64,000 nt of DNA from an uncultured Acidobacteriota bacterium (GTDB lineage: Bacteria > Acidobacteriota > Terriglobia > Acidiferrales > UBA7541), in contig CAWJZY010000002.1 in NCBI GenBank assembly GCA_963847505.1, positions 2,367,137-2,431,136 of the forward strand, written 5' to 3'. Positions 60,123 through 64,000 of this stretch are shown here, piece by piece. A model generated the notes under the pieces. It was not told the DNA's origin. It ran no database searches and saw only the letters and a list, made by a program, of their open reading frames with translations. Each line of letters starts with the position of its first letter. Position 1 is the stretch's first letter. The translations under genes were made by a program, and so were the position numbers.

Positions 60123-60932
60123 ATGACAGATAGCCTCTCTCCCGGCGCCGAAATTCCAGGCCGCGATAACGTGCATTTGCGCACGGAGGGCCGCACCGTG
60201 TGGGTAACTTTGGATCGCCCTCCTCTCAACGTGCTGGATATCGCCATGATGAAGTCATTGTCGCGCGCGCTTGCGAAACTGCTGGATCCCCCCGGAGGCG
60301 CGTGTGATTTCCTGATCTTCTGCGGCGAAGGCGGCAAAGCGTTTTCGGCGGGCGCGGAAGTGGCCGATCACGCGCCGGATCGCGTCGGCTCCATGCTGGC
60401 CGCGTTTCACCATGTTTTTCGCCAGCTTGCACGCGCGGACTGCATCACGATCGCCGCCGTGAATGGGCACTGCCTGGGCGGTGGAATGGAACTGGCGGCG
60501 TTTTGCGATTTTGTAATCGCTACAGAGTCCGCACAGTTTGGCCTGCCGGAAATAAAACTTGGATGCTTCCCGCCTGTGGCGATGCTCACGCTTCCGGATC
60601 TCATCGGTCCCCGCTCGGCGATGGACTTGATCCTTACCGGGCGCGTGATTTCCGTGGCCGAAGCAAAAACACTTGGTCTGGTGAACCAGATCGTGCCCGA
60701 TGGCGCGTTGGATAAATCCGTGCGTGATTTCATTGCGGAGCTGCGCACCCTAAGCCCTGCCGTATTGAAACTTACCGGCCGCGCGATGCGCCGCCGCTTG
60801 CGCGAGGATTTTGATGGCGACCTCGGAAGAATCGAGCAAGTCTATTTGAACCAGTTGATGAAGACGGAAGACGCGCGCGAGGGTATCCGCGCCTTCATGG
60901 AAAAGCGGCCGCCGAGTTGGCGCGGGAGGTAA
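60123..60932 (+). CDS. enoyl-CoA hydratase/isomerase (crotonase) family protein
   Basis: 269 aa. FSAGAEV...AAVNGHCLGGGMELAAFCD...PEIKLG oxyanion-hole pattern. Confidence 0.9.
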   Translation: MTDSLSPGAEIPGRDNVHLRTEGRTVWVTLDRPPLNVLDIAMMKSLSRALAKLLDPPGGACDFLIFCGEGGKAFSAGAEVADHAPDRVGSMLAAFHHVFRQLARADCITIAAVNGHCLGGGMELAAFCDFVIATESAQFGLPEIKLGCFPPVAMLTLPDLIGPRSAMDLILTGRVISVAEAKTLGLVNQIVPDGALDKSVRDFIAELRTLSPAVLKLTGRAMRRRLREDFDGDLGRIEQVYLNQLMKTEDAREGIRAFMEKRPPSWRGR

Positions 60933-60979
60933 CAGCAATTCGCAGAAAATCCGTGCAACGCTCATGGCAACCCGCACTT

Positions 60980-62275
60980 ATGCGCAAAGGTATTTCAAAT
61001 CGCCTGCGCTCTAGTTCAAAACTATCTGCGCGGCCGGTGTCAATCCGCGCCATAGCGGCCCTCTTTTTTTTGCTGGTCGCCGCATCCGGCTCAGCGGTTG
61101 ACCGGCCCGGCCCGGATTTGCAGTCTCTCTATGCGGGCCATCACTGGTTTGAGCTTCGAGGCGCCATCAGCGGGACGAATGCGCCCGCTCTCTATCAGGG
61201 CGCTGTTGCCTCCGCATTCAATCAGCGCGAGGAGGCGGAAACTTATCTCCAGCGCGTGATCGCCGCCGCCCCTGCATCTCAAGAAGCGCGCGAAGCTCGC
61301 GAAATGCTAATGGCTCTTGACATGCGCTCCGGCCTGTATGCCCAGTTCGTGGCGAGGCTTAATGAGAAAATTGCCTCAAATCCCGGCAAGCCGGTTAGCA
61401 ACGGCGATCGGGCCGCCCTCGCTGCGATGAGCGGAATTCCGGACATGGCGATCACTTCTCGGGGGGCTTCTTCACTTCACTATGAAATGCTCGGCGCGAG
61501 TGCGGCCGTTCCTCTTTCTGTCGACGGAAAGCCGGCGACGTTTCTTCTTGACTCCGATGCCAACATGTCTGCCGTCAGCGAATCGGAAGCGGTCCGGCTG
61601 GGTATGAAGTTCAATGACAATGGACTGATTCTCAGCGGCGAAACCGGAGAAACAAGCACCAACAACCGCATCGCCGTGGCGAAGGAAATTGTTGTCGGTA
61701 ATTTTCATTTCACCAACGTAGCGTTTTTGGTTTTGCCTGATGATCGGGAGCCATTCGTTGGTTTTCCGTCCGGCAAGCGCGGCATCCTTGGATTGCCGGT
61801 CATGTTTGGATTTCAAACCCTGCGTTGGAAGCGCGATGGCGCCGTCGAGTTCGGTTTTGCCGGGGGCCCTAAAGAAATCTCGCGGTCCAATATTTGTTTC
61901 GATGCACAAGACCCAGTCACGCAAATTGAATTCCAGCATCGCCGTCTTGAGTTCATCCTGGATACCGGCGCCAGTGATTCCGAGCTTTGGCCTCCTTTCG
62001 CAAAGGAGTTTTCAGAATTGTTAAGCCAGTCTGGCAAGAAGGAATCAAGAACGCTCACGGGATTCACTGGAACCGAAGATTTCGACGTTGTCACATTGCC
62101 CGTGGTTCACCTGGGCATTGGCGGCTTCAATGCCGTTTTGCAGCCTGCACAGGTCCTAATGAAGGTTGCGGCTGATCGCGGTAAGTACTATTTTGGCCGC
62201 GCGGGAATGGATATTTTCAGCCAGTCCCACATGGCGACAATTGACTTTGGCGCGATGACGTTCGCCATGAATTAA
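60980..62275 (+). CDS. secreted protein with two retropepsin-like aspartic protease domains
   Basis: ATG at 60980 gives a signal or anchor (IAALFFLLVAASGSA). First domain ATFLLDSDANMSAVS (DSD in place of DTG). Second domain EFILDTGASDSELW (canonical DTGA). Confidence 0.6.
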   Translation: MRKGISNRLRSSSKLSARPVSIRAIAALFFLLVAASGSAVDRPGPDLQSLYAGHHWFELRGAISGTNAPALYQGAVASAFNQREEAETYLQRVIAAAPASQEAREAREMLMALDMRSGLYAQFVARLNEKIASNPGKPVSNGDRAALAAMSGIPDMAITSRGASSLHYEMLGASAAVPLSVDGKPATFLLDSDANMSAVSESEAVRLGMKFNDNGLILSGETGETSTNNRIAVAKEIVVGNFHFTNVAFLVLPDDREPFVGFPSGKRGILGLPVMFGFQTLRWKRDGAVEFGFAGGPKEISRSNICFDAQDPVTQIEFQHRRLEFILDTGASDSELWPPFAKEFSELLSQSGKKESRTLTGFTGTEDFDVVTLPVVHLGIGGFNAVLQPAQVLMKVAADRGKYYFGRAGMDIFSQSHMATIDFGAMTFAMN

Positions 62276-62302
62276 CCGCTTATCCGGAATGAAAGGGAAA
62301 TC

Positions 62303-62626
62303 TTGGACGACATACAAATCGCACCACAAGAACTGAAACAGAAACTCGACCAAGCCGCGAAGGTGCTCGTCGTGGATGTGCGCGAGCCGTGGGAAGCCCA
62401 GGTATGCACCATTGAAGGTGCCAAGCTTGTTCCGCTCAACACGCTGCCCGCGAATATGGCGCTTTTCGCGGAAGCCGAAGAAATCGTGATTTATTGCCAC
62501 CACGGGATGCGGAGCTTGAACGCCGCGGCTTGGCTGCGCTCGCAGGGCATTGATGGCGCGAGGTCGCTTACCGGCGGCATCGAGCGCTGGTCAACAGAAA
62601 TTGATCCGCGCGTGGCGAGATATTAG
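62303..62626 (+). CDS. rhodanese-like domain protein
   Basis: 107 aa with a TTG start. VVDVREPWE...IVIYCHHGMRS (active-site loop CHHGMRS)...GGIERW. Confidence 0.85.
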   Translation: MDDIQIAPQELKQKLDQAAKVLVVDVREPWEAQVCTIEGAKLVPLNTLPANMALFAEAEEIVIYCHHGMRSLNAAAWLRSQGIDGARSLTGGIERWSTEIDPRVARY

Positions 62627-62635
62627 AAAGACATC

Positions 62636-62995
62636 GTGCCCAAGGCAAAAGCAAAAATCCGATTCCTGCAAAAGCCATCGTGCACCTCGTGCCGCAAAGC
62701 GCGCGCCCTGCTCGAAAAATCCGGCGCGGAGCTCGAGTTGCGCAACCTCGATAAGGAACGCCTGAGCGCCGCTGAACTCGACGCGCTGATCGGCGGCCGC
62801 GATTACATTCCCTTTCTGAATACTCGAAACGAGCTTTACCGGCGTAGGAAAATGTCCGCGAAACCGCCTTCGCGCGCCGAAGCCATTCGCCTGATGGCCG
62901 CCGAGCCAAACCTGATTCGCCGTCCTGTTGTTATCCGCGGGGATGAAACGGTTCTGGGCTGCGACGAAAAAGCGCTCAAGGAATTGGTGAAATAA
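62636..62995 (+). CDS. ArsC/Spx/MgsR-family (glutaredoxin-fold) protein
   Basis: 119 aa with a GTG start. FLQKPSCTSCRKARALLEKSG...NLIRRPVVI pattern of the ArsC family. Confidence 0.85.
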   Translation: MPKAKAKIRFLQKPSCTSCRKARALLEKSGAELELRNLDKERLSAAELDALIGGRDYIPFLNTRNELYRRRKMSAKPPSRAEAIRLMAAEPNLIRRPVVIRGDETVLGCDEKALKELVK

Positions 62996-63066
62996 TTTAG
63001 TAAGAGAGCTGATCCATTTTGCAGGTGATTGACGCTTCCTCAATGACGACTCCAGGAGCCGACTGA

Positions 63067-63924
63067 TTGACGCCGCCCATCATAGACATTCACATCCACA
63101 TTCAGCCGCTGCACATGTTCAAGCCCGAGGCGCTGGCGCTCATCAAGCGCGGCCGCAAGGATTACGCGGATGTCGAGCGCTATTCCGCCGACTCGAAAGC
63201 GTTTCTCGGATTTCTCGATTCGCTCGGCGTCGAACGCGCCGGGCTTATCAACTATGTGAGTCCAGACGTTATCGGTTTTCCGCCCGAAGTGAATGACTGG
63301 ATCGCGAACTATTGCTCCGTCGCGCCGGAGCGGCTGATCGCTTTCGGCTCGGTTCATCCGCGCTTTGTGGTTGACGCCGGCGCCGAAGTGGATCGCCTCG
63401 CGCGGCTCGGCATTCGAGGATTGAAGGTGCATCCCGCACATCAAGTCTATTCGCCGAACGCGTATCGCGAGGGGCTTGGCCCGCTCGCGCTGGTTTACGA
63501 CCGCGCGCAAGCACATGGAATGCCGGTGATGATTCATACCGGCACTTCCATTTTCCCTGGCGCGCGGAATGTGCATGCTCAACCGATGCTTGCCGATGAC
63601 GTCTGCGTAGACTATCCCGATCTCGTTGTAATTCTGGCGCACGGCGGGCGTCCTCTCTGGATGAACGAGGCTTTCTTTCTCGTCCGGCGGCACAAAAATA
63701 TGTATATGGATATTTCCGGCATTCCGCCGCAGAAACTTCTGGAATATTTTCCGCGCATTGAAGACATCGCCGATAAAGTGTTGTGGGGCACGGACTGGCC
63801 GGGCCCCGGCGTGCCGGAAATTCGCGGGAACATTGAAAAATTCATGGCGCTGCCGCTGACGGAAGCGACGCGCCGCAAAATTCTGTACGATAACGCCGCG
63901 CGGCTTTTCCCCGTCCGGCGCTAG
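63067..63924 (+). CDS. amidohydrolase-family metal-dependent hydrolase
   Basis: TTG start with AGGAG upstream. IIDIHIHI..., GLKVHP, PVMIHTG, VILAHGG, WGTDWP blocks of amidohydrolase_2-type TIM barrels. Confidence 0.85.
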   Translation: MTPPIIDIHIHIQPLHMFKPEALALIKRGRKDYADVERYSADSKAFLGFLDSLGVERAGLINYVSPDVIGFPPEVNDWIANYCSVAPERLIAFGSVHPRFVVDAGAEVDRLARLGIRGLKVHPAHQVYSPNAYREGLGPLALVYDRAQAHGMPVMIHTGTSIFPGARNVHAQPMLADDVCVDYPDLVVILAHGGRPLWMNEAFFLVRRHKNMYMDISGIPPQKLLEYFPRIEDIADKVLWGTDWPGPGVPEIRGNIEKFMALPLTEATRRKILYDNAARLFPVRR

Positions 63925-63976
63925 GAGCAATGCACGCTCCCCAGGAGCGACGAACGATTTTTAGGAGCGACGCACA

Positions 63977-64000
63977 ATGGAAGTGAAAACAATCGCCGTA
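63977..64000 (+). CDS. first 8 codons (MEVKTIAV) of an unidentified gene running off the window
   Basis: ATG preceded by TAGGAGCGACGCACA (AGGAG RBS). Too short to classify. Confidence 0.3.

Noticed and set aside
63040-63930. 296-aa minus-strand ORF antisense to the terminal amidohydrolase gene
   Set aside because: The plus-strand frame has the IIDIHIH / HTG / AHGG / WGTDWP blocks and a good RBS. The antisense frame has none.
63922-63976. Three AGGAGC(GACG) motifs spaced exactly 20 nt apart (63923, 63943, 63963) before the last partial gene
   Set aside because: This is a real pattern in the sequence, but it sits at the window edge with the downstream gene unseen. It may simply be an RBS plus chance repeats, so there is too little context to interpret.
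1-64000. CRISPR arrays, rRNA genes, IS elements/transposases, prophage structural genes, group II introns/retrons
   Set aside because: I saw no regularly spaced repeat array, no rRNA-like conserved blocks, and no DDE/serine/tyrosine recombinase or reverse-transcriptase motifs in any listed ORF.

Overview
GC-rich chromosomal segment. Its gene content points to an Acidobacteriota (Terriglobia-like) genome: an ADOP-type duplicated FtsX permease, very large CarboxypepD_reg-type TonB-dependent receptors, a fused E1 alpha/beta dehydrogenase and many secreted hydrolases. Most of the window is core or ordinary accessory metabolism. It includes tpiA-secG-tRNA-Leu(GAG), an aa3-type cytochrome oxidase operon with two subunit-III genes, a DegT aminotransferase, a divergent REC-HD-GYP / hybrid histidine kinase pair, and an IorAB-like molybdo-oxidoreductase with a secreted formamidase. 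It also includes a long minus-strand gene run (M1 peptidase to exonuclease), aldehyde dehydrogenase, Mug glycosylase, an ECF sigma with a small soluble ZAS anti-sigma, and rhodanese/ArsC-family genes. I found no rRNA, CRISPR array, transposase or integrase. Five items are most worth follow-up. (1) A tightly coupled MrfA-like helicase / VOC (bleomycin-resistance fold) / MrfB-like exonuclease operon. (2) A ~280-nt structured leader with a canonical intrinsic terminator and a competing antiterminator just upstream of an ATP-grasp + luciferase-like monooxygenase operon, divergent from a B12-radical SAM gene; a Cys-rich small ORF in the same stretch is the alternative reading. (3) An AT-richer islet holding an unlisted 48-codon secreted-peptide ORF with a strong RBS, a polytopic membrane protein and an XRE regulator whose S24 domain lacks the catalytic dyad. 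(4) A tRNA-Leu-adjacent islet with an orphan PD-(D/E)xK protein and a DUF4160/DUF2442 pair. (5) A putative soft-metal uptake module (Cys/His/Met-rich secreted protein, TonB receptor, CusF-like lipoprotein, MFS). All functional calls come from motif recognition by eye; no database search was run.
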